DNA of 63,957 bases, filler included, from Squatina squatina (GCA_031763465.1; 4 parts of 2 records of this genome joined end to end with filler, not necessarily neighbours in it); one strand, 5' to 3'. Positions 36,695 through 50,753 are shown, numbered from the whole stretch's first letter. Numbers and translations: made by a program. The notes: generated from the sequence alone by a model not told the origin.

Positions 36695-36794
36695 NNNNNN
36701 NNNNNNNNNNNNNNNNNNNNNNNNNNNNNNNNNNNNNNTTAATTAATTAANNNNNNNNNNNNNNNNNNNNNNNNNNNNNNNNNNNNNNNNNNNN
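36695..36794. other. Artificial scaffold linker N44-TTAATTAATTAA-N44
   Basis: Same construct as 22570-22669. Confidence 0.97.
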
Positions 36795-36956
<162 letters not shown>

Positions 36957-38194
36957 TTACAACATTTTGGGCGCTCAATTGACTCGCCAGCGCAAGCGCT
37001 AATGGGCGTAGAACGGGCGTCAGACCCGATTTCGGTGCTAAATGATAAAATGCGAAATTGGCCTCAGTTTAGCACCGGCGCTAAATGGGCACTAATGCGG
37101 GAGTGCTGGAAACGTGGCGCAAAACATCCTCTGTGACGTTATCAGACAGCGCAACGCCCAAAACGGGCCTCAATTCTCTTGGCGTTAAGCTGGCGGTGAC
37201 ACCGCCTGTCCTTTTGAGGCGGTGATACCCGTGATAATAGTTTTCTTTGGGCACAAATTCCATGTCTATCAGGCCCCAGCATTTTTATTGCAAACCCCCC
37301 CATCTCGAGACCTTACAATGCCTCACAATCATTGTTCGGGACTTGGAACGGCCATTTTGAAGATTTCTGTGATCATGGCTCACCTTTTGAAAAGTGCAAA
37401 AATCGGGCTATTCGGTCATGGGGTCCATCACTAATGTTGACGGTGGTGCAGGGATGGCGTCCTTTTGGAGCAGAGAGACAAGTCACACTGATAGTGACCT
37501 TTGCCGGACCCGTTCGCTTTGTGACCATTGTGACTATTTGGCCGTGGGGGGCATCACTCATGTTGGAGTGTGATCTTCACCGACACCACATGAGGTAGGT
37601 GAGGGAGAGGGGTCACCTCCTTTTGGATGCGAGAGAGGTGAGAGCACACCAAGATGATGCCAGGCAGTTGGCATCACCAGCTGGCCATCATCATCACGCT
37701 CAGCGACCCTTTAACTTGCCACAACCAGCGACGTCACTGGTGGCCCACGCCGCAGCCCTGCATCATCCTCCGAGAGGTCAGACAGGAAGATTACATCAAA
37801 TGAGGTATGATCGGCGAGTGCTCAGACTCCAGGTCAGCAAGACAGAGCTTTGGGCATTGCCAAAATANNNNNNNNNNNNNNNNNNNNNNNNNNNNNNNNN
37901 NNNNNNNNNNNNNNNNNNNNNNNNNNNNNNNNNNNNNNNNNNNNNNNNNNNNNNNNNNNNNNNNNNNAATGGCTGGCCAGATATGGAGATGAGGTTCTGA
38001 GTGCCAGTATTTTTCAGACATATAAATGAAATTGTCACATTTCAATGAACTTACAGCCATATAAATCAGAACAGGTTAGTCAGCATCTGAGAGAGAATGG
38101 ACAAGTTGACCTTTTGGACAGAAGCCATTTGTCAACACTGTTGTGACAGTTTCTGATTGAGGAGGATCTCCACCAACAGGGTAACTTGTCTTTA

Positions 38195-38503
<309 letters not shown>

Positions 38504-39131
38504 TTACAGAAATAAAAGGAGGATCAGATTTGACCAACAGCAGCAACTTGCATCTTTCACATAGTAGCTTGTCCCAAAGTGCTTCACCGAAGTGCCAACC
38601 AGATATGAAGCTGTGATGGGGGGAAAGGTTAGTAGAAGTGACAAACATTGTAATCAAAAAAGAAGGTTTTGAGAGATGGGAGAGAGATAGTCGGAGAGAA
38701 GCATTTAGGGAGAGCGAATGAGAGCCGTACATTTAAGGTCCAATCACAAAAAGAATTATTCANNNNNNNNNNNNNNNNNNNNNNNNNNNNNNNNNNNNNN
38801 NNNNNNNNNNNNNNNNNNNNNNNNNNNNNNNNNNNNNNNNNNNNNNNNNNNNNNNNNNNNNNACAGCCTTCCGAGGCACTTGTGTGTGCGTCCCAGCAGC
38901 TGGTGACAGACAGGCGCTAATGAAGCCCTGTGGCCAAGTTGCTGCATTACCAAGAGAAGCAAAAAACGGAGAGAAAATCTAGAGTGTAAATAACTCGTTA
39001 AAAAGACACTGTTTTTCTGGCAGCCTTTGCCTTCCATCCCATAATATTTCTTTCAGTGCTGGTAATGAAAACAAGTCGTCATCCAATAAGTTATTGGGGA
39101 TTACATTGGGATTCAGAAAGGTTCAACTTAC

Positions 39132-39372
39132 ATCAGCTGGGTCTTTGTGGTGGANNNNNNNNNNATCATCCGGATGTCTTGAGAGTTAAAGGTGAGGTAC
39201 CGCAGAGTTTCCATGGCAACGTTGAGGTGAGGTATCCGGCGAAGGCTGTCCTGTTGCCAAATGAACATCCCCACCACAGGGGAGCCGTAATTCTGCATCC
39301 AAAGGACGTCACCTGACTCTTTGTCTACAGTCACCACCAAACCGTCCCCGTTCGATGCAAAGTGAGCCATTT
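39132..39372 (-). CDS. ERN2: IRE1-beta luminal-domain exon (10-N gap inside)
   Basis: tgcag|MAHFASNGDGLVVTVDKESGDVLWMQNYGSPVVGMFIWQQDSLRRIPHLNVAMETLRYLTF...TKTQL|gtaagt. Confidence 0.88.
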
Positions 39373-41364
39373 CTGCACAAACCAGAATCATGGAGACCGC
39401 GTCATTTTCACCCTCCCCGCTGCGATTTCAGCAAACGAGAAACCGAAACTTCGCTCAGGAAGTGAACTCAAATTACAATGTTCACAAGATTTTAACCACC
39501 AGTGACTTCCCAAAAGAGTAATAAAAGTTTTTAAATTAAAAAAAAACCTTACTGTAGGGCGTGTTCTCGTTGCACAAAGGAGCGGAATAGTCAAAGTAGG
39601 TAGCATTCCAGTAAAGTTCACGAGTTTTGGTGTCGTACATGGTGATCATATACTCTGTCAAGATGTGAAATGGAAAAACACTCACTACACAGCTTCAGAA
39701 TTGTTCTTTTTGAATATAAAACAAGGAATTTTACAGGGGATTAAATGTCGCTGCCTGAATATTGGCCTTTTATCTGCAGGACTTAATATCAGCTCAAACA
39801 CAGTGGATGAATGCTCACTGGCACTGGCGCTGCATTTCAAATGACAGGGTCTACCTGAGGGTTTTAGTCAAAATTGTCCTTGTACACTCATGCCATTACA
39901 CAGCATATCCACTGCTATCTCTCATGGGCGAATGACATTCTATGCAAATATTAAAAGAAGACTTGCATTTATGCAGTGCCTTTCATGACCACAGGATGTC
40001 CCGACGCGCTTTGCAATGAAGTACTTTTGAAGTGTAGTCACTGTTATAATGTAGGAAATATTACAATTAATGTAGCAATGTAGGATACAGTCGGTTGGAT
40101 TAATCGAGGCTGTATCACAACCTGAAGTTTCCAATTCCAGTGTTATGCTGTTTATCAGGCAGAGATAGTGTTTGAAGATAAGGCGTAAATAATACTGTAA
40201 TCATACTCCATGTAAGCTGGAACTGTGTGGACTTTTCAATGGTTAAACTAATGGTAGAGAGTTGCTCCGTTCTGTCACAGTACCCTACTCATGCCACCGC
40301 CAGCTTGTGATAAGTGCACCAGTGATGGGGAACAGTGNNNNNNNNNNNNNNNNNNNNNNNNNNNNNNNNNNNNNNNNNNNNNNNNNNNNNNNNNNNNNNN
40401 NNNNNNNNNNNNNNNNNNNNNNNNNNNNNNNNNNNNNCACACTGGCAAACATGACTCAACTGCTGAAGGCCAGTGCTCAGCATGTCAAGATTAGATGAAT
40501 GCTTCTGTGATCTGAGTGTTTAAAGGACTACAGCACCACATCAGACAGGCAAGCAATGAATCTGTAGCAGCTGGGAGGCAAAGTTTCAAAGATCACAAGA
40601 TTGCAAATACACAAGAGGCCATCCAGGAACAACCGGAATTGAATAGCAGACAACTGAGGGCAGAAAGCACATGGGCAAAAATCAATACTGAAGGGCACTC
40701 AGAAGTTAGCTTTAGGCCACGAAACATGGGGACCTGTATCATCTGTAGCGACGATCTCACATTTGAGAGAGGGGCAAAAACCAACACAAGACGACAAATA
40801 GTAGTTGATTATGCAGAGTGCCCCTAAAGGCATCGCAATGGTCTAAGGGATAACAAGAGGAGCTCCAGGAACAGAGCAAACACAATGAGGGTAGGGAGAC
40901 CGAAGATATATTAGGACTTGGGGGGGAATAGGTTGAGGGATGAAAGTTTGCAATATGAGCAGTCCCTAAATTGGCAGGAGAACAGGGAATTAATAGAGCA
41001 GGAATGGAAAACTGCCATAGTGTCCAAAGGCTGTCTGATATATTTTTGAGGTGTGTAATTGGTCCCTTCGTTTGTGATAGTAAAATACACGGTGTGGTTG
41101 AGTGTGTGAAATTTGAGTCAATCGGTATGCCTCTATGAAAACAATGAACAATTCACAATACCCTATAGTTACATGCCAGGCACAAAACTTTTAATCAAAT
41201 AGAAAGTCAACAATTAGATATCATCAGTCCATAACCAGCAGGGACACGATGGGCCGAATAGCCTCCTCCGTGCTGTAAGTTTCTATGATTCTATGATAAC
41301 ACTTCAAGTCTAAATTCTGCAGAAACTTTCAGAGTGCAAATAGTAATTTCTAGCAGCAACTTAC

Positions 41365-41398
41365 TCGGCCAGGTAGACTGGAACCTGAATGATCGGAT
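41365..41398 (-). CDS. ERN2: IRE1-beta 34-nt small exon
   Basis: tttttcag|AT CCG ATC ATT CAG GTT CCA GTC TAC CTG GCC GA|gtaagt = (D)PIIQVPVYLA(E), homologous to IRE1 DPVLQVPTHVEE. Confidence 0.85.
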
Positions 41399-41444
41399 CT
41401 GAAAAATAAATTATGGACAAGATTCAGTGCAGTTTGAGAAAAGT

Positions 41445-42064
41445 AACAGTGCTAATCACTGACCTGTAATAGTGCTAAGCACAGACCCTGTAACAGTGCT
41501 AAACAGTGACCTGTAACAGTTCTAAACACGGACCCTGTATCAGTGCTAAACAGTGACCCTGCAACAGTGCTTAACACTGACCTGTAACAGCGCTAAACAC
41601 GGACCCTGTAACAGTGCTAAAAACGGACTCTGCAACAGTGCAAAACACGGACTCTGTAACAGTGCTAAGCACAGACCCTGTAACAGTGCTAAGCACAGAC
41701 CCTGTAACAGTGCTAAACACTGACCCTGCAACAATGCTAATCATAGACCCTGTAACAGTGCAAACACAGATCCTGTAACAGTGCTAAACATGGACACTGC
41801 AACAGTGCTAAACACGGTCCCTGCAACAGTGCTAAACACGGACACTGCAACAGTGCTAAACACAGACCCTGCAACAGTGCTAAGCACGGACCCGGCAACA
41901 GTGCAAAGCACTGACCCTGTAACAGTGCTAAAAACGAACTCTGCAACAGTGCTAAAAATGAACTCTGCAACAGTGCAAAACATGGACGCTGTAACAGTGC
42001 TAAACACAGACCCTGCAACAGTGCTAAACACTGACCCTGTAACAGTGCTAAACACTGACCCTGT
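41445..42064. repeat. 24-bp minisatellite, about 25 copies, running into a gap
   Basis: Unit (t/c)aacagtgctaaacacagaccctg; it generates the 8-residue-periodic spurious ORFs. Confidence 0.95.
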
Positions 42065-42420
42065 NNNNNNNNNNNNNNNNNNNNNNNNNNNNNNNNNNNN
42101 NNNNNNNNNNNNNNNNNNNNNNNNNNNNNNNNNNNNNNNNNNNNNNNNNNNNNNNNNNNNNNNNCATGTACAAATAGTTGTGGAGTCACAGTAAGAAATG
42201 CCAACACGCTATCACAAGCTGATTTTAGACGGCGAACCCCACGATAGTGACTATGCACCCCCACTGCCCCCAACAGTGGAATCTGAGGAATGCAACCAAC
42301 TTGAACCGGGTAAAAACTGGCAGAACATTTCCTGTTCGCTTCAGATTCTATTCTTAAGCAAATACAAAACCAAGTTTTCTGCCCCAACTGTTCTGATTAA
42401 GTGAGCGAGTGCAATCTTAC

Positions 42421-42502
42421 CCTGACCACTCCGGTCATACACAGAGCCTGGGATGATGGCCTCTCGAGCATCGTACATAGCTGTGGTCATGAACCGAGCC
42501 CC
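42421..42502 (-). CDS. UPF1: UPF1 RNA helicase exon (82 nt, start of C-terminal region)
   Basis: tttcag|[27 protein letters not shown](G)|gtaag. Confidence 0.93.
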
Positions 42503-42851
42503 CTGAAACACAAGGATATCAATGAGAATGGGTCTGCTGTACAATCACAGCCCATAGGACCATCAATATTAGAGTGTTGAACAGAGTTAAATAAAGCCCA
42601 AAAAACTATTAAAGTTGTAATGGGAGCAGAGCAATGGGGACAAGTAATAGCATACTGACACACTGCAGAGAGGTGGCAGGGGGTCAGACTGCAGCCACTT
42701 TATATGGGGTCAGGGGTAGTGAGCTCGGCCATCAAGCAGCAGTCGGGGGCAGAGAGCATCAGTTGGGAGCTGCCACTCGCTGCAGAGATTGCATGCCAGC
42801 CATCAAATTATAAGCAAGGAACTCACCCAAAACACCAAGTTAAAACATTCA

Positions 42852-43289
<438 letters not shown>

Positions 43290-44235
43290 TCAGACAGCAC
43301 ATTGAGTTCCAACTTGGATCACGGAGGGGAAAAAATCCCACCGTACATCAGAACTTATCCAGTCCAATCGCACCGCACACCCCAATCCCACCGCTCAGCC
43401 CAATCCCACCGCCCAGTTTAATTCGCCCAACCCAATCCCAATTCACCCAGCCCAATTAGCCATGCTGTTTGTCTCAAGAGTTCTGCCATTAGCAGCTACA
43501 CAAAAGTGACCATCTGGACACTGGTGTGAAGGAGAGAGTGGCCGTACAAGGAAGAGTAGCTCCAGTGCATGGTCCCATTGAGTAGGAAGAACGGGCTGAA
43601 GTTTAAATTCCAGTTGTTTGAGTGCAAGCACTGCTCACCCACAGGACACCTTCCAGTCAAGCAGAGAACTAATTAGCACTTTTGAAACTAAGAAGAGACA
43701 GTCTTTTGGTGATGTTCCACATAGACTCGTAACAGAAGACAGCACAAATCTAATACTGTAAAGTAACAAACTTTAATTGGCAATAAAGACTAGTCTTTAG
43801 AATTAAACATTGGGCTAACTAATGGTCAGCACTAAAATCGGAAGCAGTGCAAGTCTAAAACCAAGTCAACTCCCTCATTTCAACAGATATTGGGGTGCTT
43901 GAATCATGCGTTCCACAAGCTAAGTGGTATTAAAAGCTGCATGACCCTTTACAATCTTCTAACCCACAGTATCAGTTTGTGCGTGTGGAAAAGTCCAGAA
44001 CAGGGAAGAGGATTTCTTTTGTAAAAAGATGGCATATTATATTGAAATATTGCACCTCCTTTCATGGTTATCAGGCCTCGCAATATCTATAAACTTATCA
44101 GAAACTCATTAATCAAAATGTTTCACAACTTTTAATTTCTCTATTCATACTCGTCCAAGTAAGGATATCAGTGATTAGAAAATGCACACTATTCCAGTTA
44201 TTGCCACTAGTGCCTGTATTCAGTACTAGTACAGT

Positions 44236-44464
44236 AGAGTGAAGCTCCTGCCACACTATCCCAAATACTCCCAGGGCAGGTTCAACATGGGTCAGATACA
44301 GAGTAAAGCTCCCTCTACACTGTCCCATCTAACACTCCCAGGGCAGGTACAGCATGGGGTTAGATACAGAGTAAACCTCCCTCTACACTGTCCCATCAAA
44401 CACTCCCAGGGCAGCTACAGCACAGGTTACATCGAGTAAAGCTCCCTCTGCACTGTCCCATCAA
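44236..44464. repeat. 68-bp satellite, about 3.5 copies before a gap
   Basis: aacactcccagggcaggtacagcatggggttagatacagagtaaagctccctctacactgtcccatc units at 44263, 44331 and 44399. Confidence 0.9.
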
Positions 44465-46368
44465 NNNNNNNNNNNNNNNNNNNNNNNNNNNNNNNNNNNN
44501 NNNNNNNNNNNNNNNNNNNNGGGGGGGGGGGGGGGGGGGGAAAAGAGAGCAAGAAGTGGGTTTAGTTTTGTAGTTATTTAAAAACATGCAATTGCATTTT
44601 ACTCACAGTTCAACTGACTATGCCTGTCCCAGCCGTGTGCACACTACGAACTTTACATTGAGGCCATGGATAGACAGGACAGCCCATTGAAGAGAAGAGG
44701 TGATTATGGCACTCGAGTGAGGAGCCTTCAACCCCAAAGCATTTTAAAAAAAAAATCACCTGAGCACTTTCTCCTCAATCAGCTTACCAACCAGGGGTGC
44801 CACGCAAAGCTGCCATCCACCTGGAACAAGCGGGCTCAATGGAGAAGGGGGAAAAATGCTAAGTTTTTGAAACTTCTAGACAAAGCTGAAATGCTTTGTG
44901 ACTTATCCCCTTGCCCTCCGCACCCCCTAGAAACTGAAAGCGGTGAAGTGGAAATGGTCGTGCAGCTTTAAATTGGTACCGCATTATGTCAACAGGGTGG
45001 AGTCACTCGTCGCGTACAGTACTATCACATGGTTCACCCAAATATGGTTTCTTTGGCGCGCAACACAAATTAGTGGAAGTGCAGTGGGTTCTGCTTAATT
45101 GCATAGTGTTGGGCCTGGGAAATTTCTTTATGCATTTAACTAGCAAAGCCAGTCAGAAAGCAATAAGATGGCAGACAAACAGAATTCACTGTGCACCATT
45201 TCCTCTCTGTGCTCTCGCTTTTGCCTGGTCCTTGCAAACAAGGCAAGTCAGAACTGCCGTCCAGGCAAAGCGCACACAAGTAAAGGGCGACTGGGGAAAG
45301 ATATTTAAATACAAGGCAACCGATCGTAAAACGTCCCGAGAACAGACGCGTGATGCAAGCTTGTTTATAGAAATAAACATTCCACAGTTAAGCTTTGTAC
45401 AAGGTCGGTACAACAGATCCACACGCAGATAATAGGGGGAAGCAGGCGGCTGAGAAGAGAAGCACAAGTGGAGCCCCACTGTGCTGTGTGACAGACATCG
45501 CTCTGGGTGGATGTTAAAAACAAACCGAGGTTGGGAGGTTATCCACGTTACAGCAGATATAATAAAATGCTTCTAATGCATCTCCTGCAGGTAATTGTGG
45601 CTCTTACAGAACTTCCTGAATAATTTGTAGATTTCCTTCTTCGAAATGGTGGTTTTTTAAATTTGAAGTTCACAGGTTGTCAGATCGGACATACCACCTC
45701 CAGCTCCTGGTGAGGATCTTCAACGCATTTAAAAAAAAATCTATTTATCATTGATGGCATCTTCCAAGGTTTGGGAAGGGGGAGGGGAGGCAGAATTACA
45801 ATCCAGCACAAGAGAGTTCCACTNNNNNNNNNNNNNNNNNNNNNNNNNNNNNNNNNNNNNNNNNNNNNNNNNNNNNNNNNNNNNNNNNNNNNNNNNNNNN
45901 NNNNNNNNNNNNNNNNNNNNNNNCCTTCTCCCCTGCCCAAGTTCCTCCCCCCTGGAGTGCTGACTTTCTCCCCCTGCCCAAGTTCCTGACCTTCCTTTCC
46001 CACCATCAGGTTCTGGATCTTCTCCCCCTTCCACCCCAAGTTCCTGACCTTTTCCCCATACCCAAGTTCCTCATCCCCTGGGGTCCTGATCTTCCTTTCC
46101 CCCCCTCCCCCCACCCCATTGTTTATGGGTAACGGATTATTAACAGGTTTATTGGGTATGAAGTGAATAGTGACAGTGTCATGACGTCCGGGTTCCATCC
46201 AGTCTAATGATGTCACTTACCACACACACACTGAGCTTTCCGAGAAATAAGCCAAGTCTAAGGGGGAGGGGAGGAAGAATTACAATCCAGCACAAGAGAG
46301 TTCCAATCAATCCGTTTTATAGTCCTTTGGTTTCAGTCTGTCCTTCACTGCCTGAGGTGGAGGCACAT

Positions 46369-46479
46369 TCAAAAATACTGCCACTTCCCCAGGACCGTAT
46401 CTTTGATCGCATCAACATACTGTGAAGGCACCCAGTAAACCCAATAGTACGAGGCTTCAGTGGGACCCAGCTGAAATGC
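46369..46479 (-). CDS. UBFD1: Ubiquitin family domain-containing 1, last coding exon
   Basis: ttctag|AFQLGPTEASYYWVYWVPSQYVDAIKDTVLGKWQYF*; frame not shown in the ORF track. Confidence 0.92.
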   Translation of the reverse strand, partial: AFQLGPTEASYYWVYWVPSQYVDAIKDTVLGKWQYF

Positions 46480-46889
46480 CTAGAAAGAGAAAGGAACAAA
46501 AGTGAAGGGAGATCAGAACTGTAACAGCAACACATCTCTAATCAACATCACTCCCACTTTAAAGCCACAAAAATAAGAGGCTTGTATTTATAAAACCCTT
46601 TTCACATTGGAAGAAGGAAGCCCTATTTTTGGGCGTTGCCACCCTCAATCTTATGATTTGTAGCGCTATTTAAAGGCCTGGGAGTGGGCTCCATTCGGAG
46701 TTTGTATCCTGACTCGCTGAAGCGGATACCGCGGGATTTCACACTTTAGCAGCTCACATTGAGACTCTGCTGACTTTTATTTGGATTGTCGTCACAATTT
46801 TTGACAGCGAAAAAATCGGGGCCAGACGCCATGGATATTGCAGTAGTGGTCGATTGGAAACTCCACCGACATCACATGAGTTACCTGAG

Positions 46890-47383
46890 ACACAGAAGAT
46901 ATCTTGGAAACCAGCAGAGAGCCAGGAGGGCACAGGCAAATGTTTATGCCAATGGGACCTTTTCAAACTGCGACAGCTGACATTTGCAATGTCTCTCATT
47001 ACGCTGCCCACTGTTGCACTAGACAGGTCACCACCGCACTGTTCCAGAGAAGACATTGTACATCTCCTTCCCGTATAGCCGCCAGACTCCACATGAGAGA
47101 CCTGTGGGCTTTGCCCGTATAGCCGACTTCCCCAGCGTCCAGGGTGCCATTGATTGTTCGCACGTCACCCTCCTTGCACCTTTGCGTCGTCTGGAGGTCT
47201 ACCAGAATCGAAAGGACTTCCACTTGTTGAATGTCCAACTCCTATGCGACCACACCAAGAAGTTCATGGTCATTGATGCAAGGTACCCTGGCAGCACTCA
47301 CGATGCTTTCATCACGCGTCAGAGCCGCATCGCTAAGATGTTTCGTCCTCCTTATTCCCTGCAAGGCTGGATCCTCAGACAAG
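46890..47383 (+). mobile_element. PIF/Harbinger DDE transposase fragment (frameshifted)
   Basis: GPFQTATADICNVSHYAAHCCTRQVTTALF / GFARIADFPSVQGAIDCSHV..YQNRKDFHLLNVQLLCD..DARYPGSTHDAFI (HARBI1-family motifs). Confidence 0.9.
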
Positions 47384-48016
47384 NNNNNNNNNNNNNNNNN
47401 NNNNNNNNNNNNNNNNNNNNNNNNNNNNNNNNNNNNNNNNNNNNNNNNNNNNNNNNNNNNNNNNNNNNNNNNNNNNNNNNNNNCATAACATTGTCCGGTA
47501 CTCCCGTGCTGCGCTGTCACAAGTGCCACCCTTCACACAAGGGATTAAGAGATTCCGTGGCACAATTTGCTGCAAAATGGGGAGTTCTCGTGTTCTGCGG
47601 AACCACATGCATCCCTGAACCAAGACCATCACAGACCAGTCGCTCATTCAACTCTCTGCCATTTACCAGAGCAGAATGGCTTCTCTGGTTAACAGTCACT
47701 AAGTAATTCACCGAGTGAAAATCCCTTCAAACTTTTCAATTACTCAACAGGCACTGTGTAAAGCAAGCTTTCTTCTGATAACTATCACGTACCGGACAGA
47801 GTGCGTAGAGGCACCACGTGAGGACAGAGCCAGGCTCGGCTGTGATAACTCCCATGGGAGGAATACCATGCTGCCACACACTCTCGCACCAGGGACGAGC
47901 CAGTGTACAGAAGTATACTCTATTATTGGGGCAAAGGTAGACAGTGCTCACAACACCTCTCCAAACACCTGCAGACAGCTCTCAAATGCATCTACATCCT
48001 AAAACTCAATGCTTAC

Positions 48017-48116
48017 TCGTGAATCTAATCCAGTAGCAGCAAGCAAGGAGACATCGTCTATTGACAAGATCCCGCCGATCGCTTCCAAACACCAGAGAAC
48101 GGCTGCTCTCCGTAAG
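48017..48116 (-). other. Candidate 100-nt exon of an unidentified transcript
   Basis: gttttcag|CTTACGG...TTCACGA|gtaagc; two of the three frames are open. Confidence 0.35.
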
Positions 48117-49667
48117 CTGAAAACATTCACACTCAGACTTTCTTTCCTGTTTAAACAAAATAAAAACTCATTTAGTTCCATGAACAAATGGTCAGTGAAC
48201 TTCCTTAAGCATACAGGGAGAGGGGGGGGNNNNNNNNNNNNNNNNNNNNNNNNNNNNNNNNNNNNNNNNNNNNNNNNNNNNNNNNNNNNNNNNNNNNNNN
48301 NNNNNNNNNNNNNNNNNNNNNNNNNNNNNCAAAATGACCTCAACCCTAGGCCGGAGAGTGAAGATAAATCGGCCTGAGTTCCCACTCTTGACCGCTGTGG
48401 AGTGACCGCTGCTGGCAAATGTGAGCTGTGTTCTCACGACCTGAATTCCACTCTTCCTTATTTGGTGTCATGTTCTTTCAAATAATAATGTAAGAAAACA
48501 TTGAATGACCCAAAGTACTTATCCCATCACTCCCACTCCTTCCAAACGTGACCATCATCCCATCGCTCCCAGACCCTGCAGGCGAGGGCATCATTGGTGT
48601 TTATCCTCCTTGGGAGGAGCAATCTAATCTCACGTGCCTGTCCTGTTCCCATATTTCTTTATCCCTCTTTCCTTCGACCATCTATCCATCCTTGAATATT
48701 GACATGGCCTGTGCTTCAATCACTAACTCTGGTAATGCATTATCAAATGGCTTTCTGAAAGTTCAGGTACACCACAATCACCTCAATTTCCCCATTGTGT
48801 CTGTGTATGTCTGGGGAACCGTGGAGAGAGAGATAGCAATGAAGAGCTGGGCGAAGTGATGAGTTGTAAAGCTGGGCGCAGCAGGTTGGAGAGAGAGCCT
48901 AAGCGAGGGATGGTGATTCTTGTAGTTGTGATTTTATTTCTGAATTTAAGTGTGGACTTGCACTCCCTGGTGTTTTATGTCATACTCTTTAATGGAAATA
49001 TTCACACCCCCTCTCCCCCACCCCCTCGACCATGCATTTTGAAATACTTGCCTATCTTGCCTTCCCTTTTAATTGTTTCCCAGAGGCTTTAGTCTCCAGT
49101 CCAGTACGACTTGTTACAGTTGTAATAAATGTTCTGCCTTATCTCTGATCTGTTTCCAGGAATAACTCTGTTAGCAGATTAAACATTAAGATGTTACTTC
49201 TGAAAACCAATCAACGCAAAATATCATGTAAAATATCTCTGGATCTCGCATGCGGTGTTCCATAACTGCAGGCAACATATTCAGGGCAGTCAACCATAGC
49301 CAAGGCTCGAGTGTTCCTGTATTAACAGGAATTCGAATCTTTGACATGAACTTTACTTGTACAGTGACATAGGATGGCAAATAAGGGAAACCAGAAATTC
49401 TATAGGTTGTCAGCCATGGTTCAGTTGNNNNNNNNNNNNNNNNNNNNNNNNNNNNNNNNNNNNNNNNNNNNNNNNNNNNNNNNNNNNNNNNNNNNNNNNN
49501 NNNNNNNNNNNNNNNNNNNNNNNNNNNTGTGAATGAATAAAAACCAACTTAACTACATTCTCTCCTGCTCTTTTCACCTTGAAGCCGTTCTGTGCTGGGT
49601 GCTGTTGTTGTTGAGCGAGCTTTGCGCTGGAGTTCTGAAAGGAATGTTGCATTTCTTCCATTCCCAG

Positions 49668-49834
49668 ATTACCTCAGCAATGTCATGGACGCTCTCGGCC
49701 TGCAGCCATCCCGGACTCTGCAACAGATCCTGACGGTCCTGAAAGCAAAGCCCGAGGAGTTCAGACAGGCAGCGAAGGGCCTCCCACGGAGACTGACGAA
49801 TGCGATCACAACCATGAGGAACATCCATTACTGA
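49668..49834 (+). CDS. COG7: Conserved oligomeric Golgi complex subunit 7, last coding exon
   Basis: ttcccag|(D)[54 protein letters not shown]. Confidence 0.93.
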
Positions 49835-50279
49835 CCGGCCCTCCCGCTCACAAAGCGATCGGGCATTGACAAAGTCTGTTCATTTTGGTGGCTGAGGGGT
49901 ACCCTAATTCTGATTGGCTTGTGGACCAACTGCTGAGAGCAATCCGTCCTCCTGCTAAGATGTACCGTGTTTGCACTCTTTTCGAAAGGTTCAGGTGGCG
50001 GTCTTCTGATAGTTTTAGGCACTTGAGTATCTGACCAGTTCCCAGCTTCGATCACCAGACTTGTGCTGAATAAGCCGGGTTTGGTGATCGGAACACTGCA
50101 AGTGGCTCGATATCCCTGGGTTAGGGAGGAGAAAATCGACCAGGCCCACCCCCGCTCCGCTCACTGTCCAGGGACCCCANNNNNNNNNNNNNNNNNNNNN
50201 NNNNNNNNNNNNNNNNNNNNNNNNNNNNNNNNNNNNNNNNNNNNNNNNNNNNNNNNNNNNNNNNNNNNNNNNNNNNNNN

Positions 50280-50565
50280 TGCAGTCCTTGTGGTGAAGGA
50301 ACTCCCACAGCGCTGTTAGGGAGGGAGTTTCAGGATTTTGACCCAGCGATGATGAAGGAACGGTGATAGACTCCCAAGTCTGGATGGTGTGTGACTTGAA
50401 TGGGAACTTGGAGTGCCTGCTGCCCTTGTCCTTCTCGGTGGTAGAGGTTGTGAGTTTGGGAGGTGCTGTCGAAGAAGTCTTGGCGAGTTGTTGCAGTGCA
50501 TCTTGTAGATGGTACTCACTGCAGACACGGTGCGCTGGTGGTGGAGGGAGCAAATGTTTAATCTT
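50280..50565 (-). mobile_element. CR1-group LINE ORF2 3' fragment (a related 3' end at about 60930-61120)
   Basis: The reverse strand gives AVSTIYKMHCNNSPRLLRQHLPNSQPLPPRRTRAA; shares agggagtttcaggattttgacccagcgatgatgaaggaacgg with the 61065-61110 region. Confidence 0.7.
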
Positions 50566-50753
50566 TATGGAATTGGGAAATAACTGCTCCCATCAGTGCA
50601 ATGGTGCAACCCCAGCGTTGGGAATATCATGCCCTCAGTGACCACCCCTCTCCCATTGGATAACTCAGTATGGTCTGTGGCGGTCTTGTGGCTTCAGACA
50701 CTTTAAGATGTGGCGCTTCCTTCCAGTGTGGGAGGCGGGGTCCCAGAACTTAC

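Noticed and set aside
41445-42064. Regular 24-bp repeats as a CRISPR array or a repeat protein (ORFs 41737-42387, 41781-42194)
   Set aside because: Head-to-tail units with no unique spacers, in a eukaryotic intronic context; the ORFs are by-products of a minisatellite.
44521-44540. G20 run as a G-quadruplex element
   Set aside because: Sits at a contig edge next to a gap; poly-G there is a common sequencing/assembly artefact.
46890-47383. Host gene HARBI1
   Set aside because: Frameshifted, intronic to UBFD1 and divergent from the conserved HARBI1 sequence; treated as a transposon copy.
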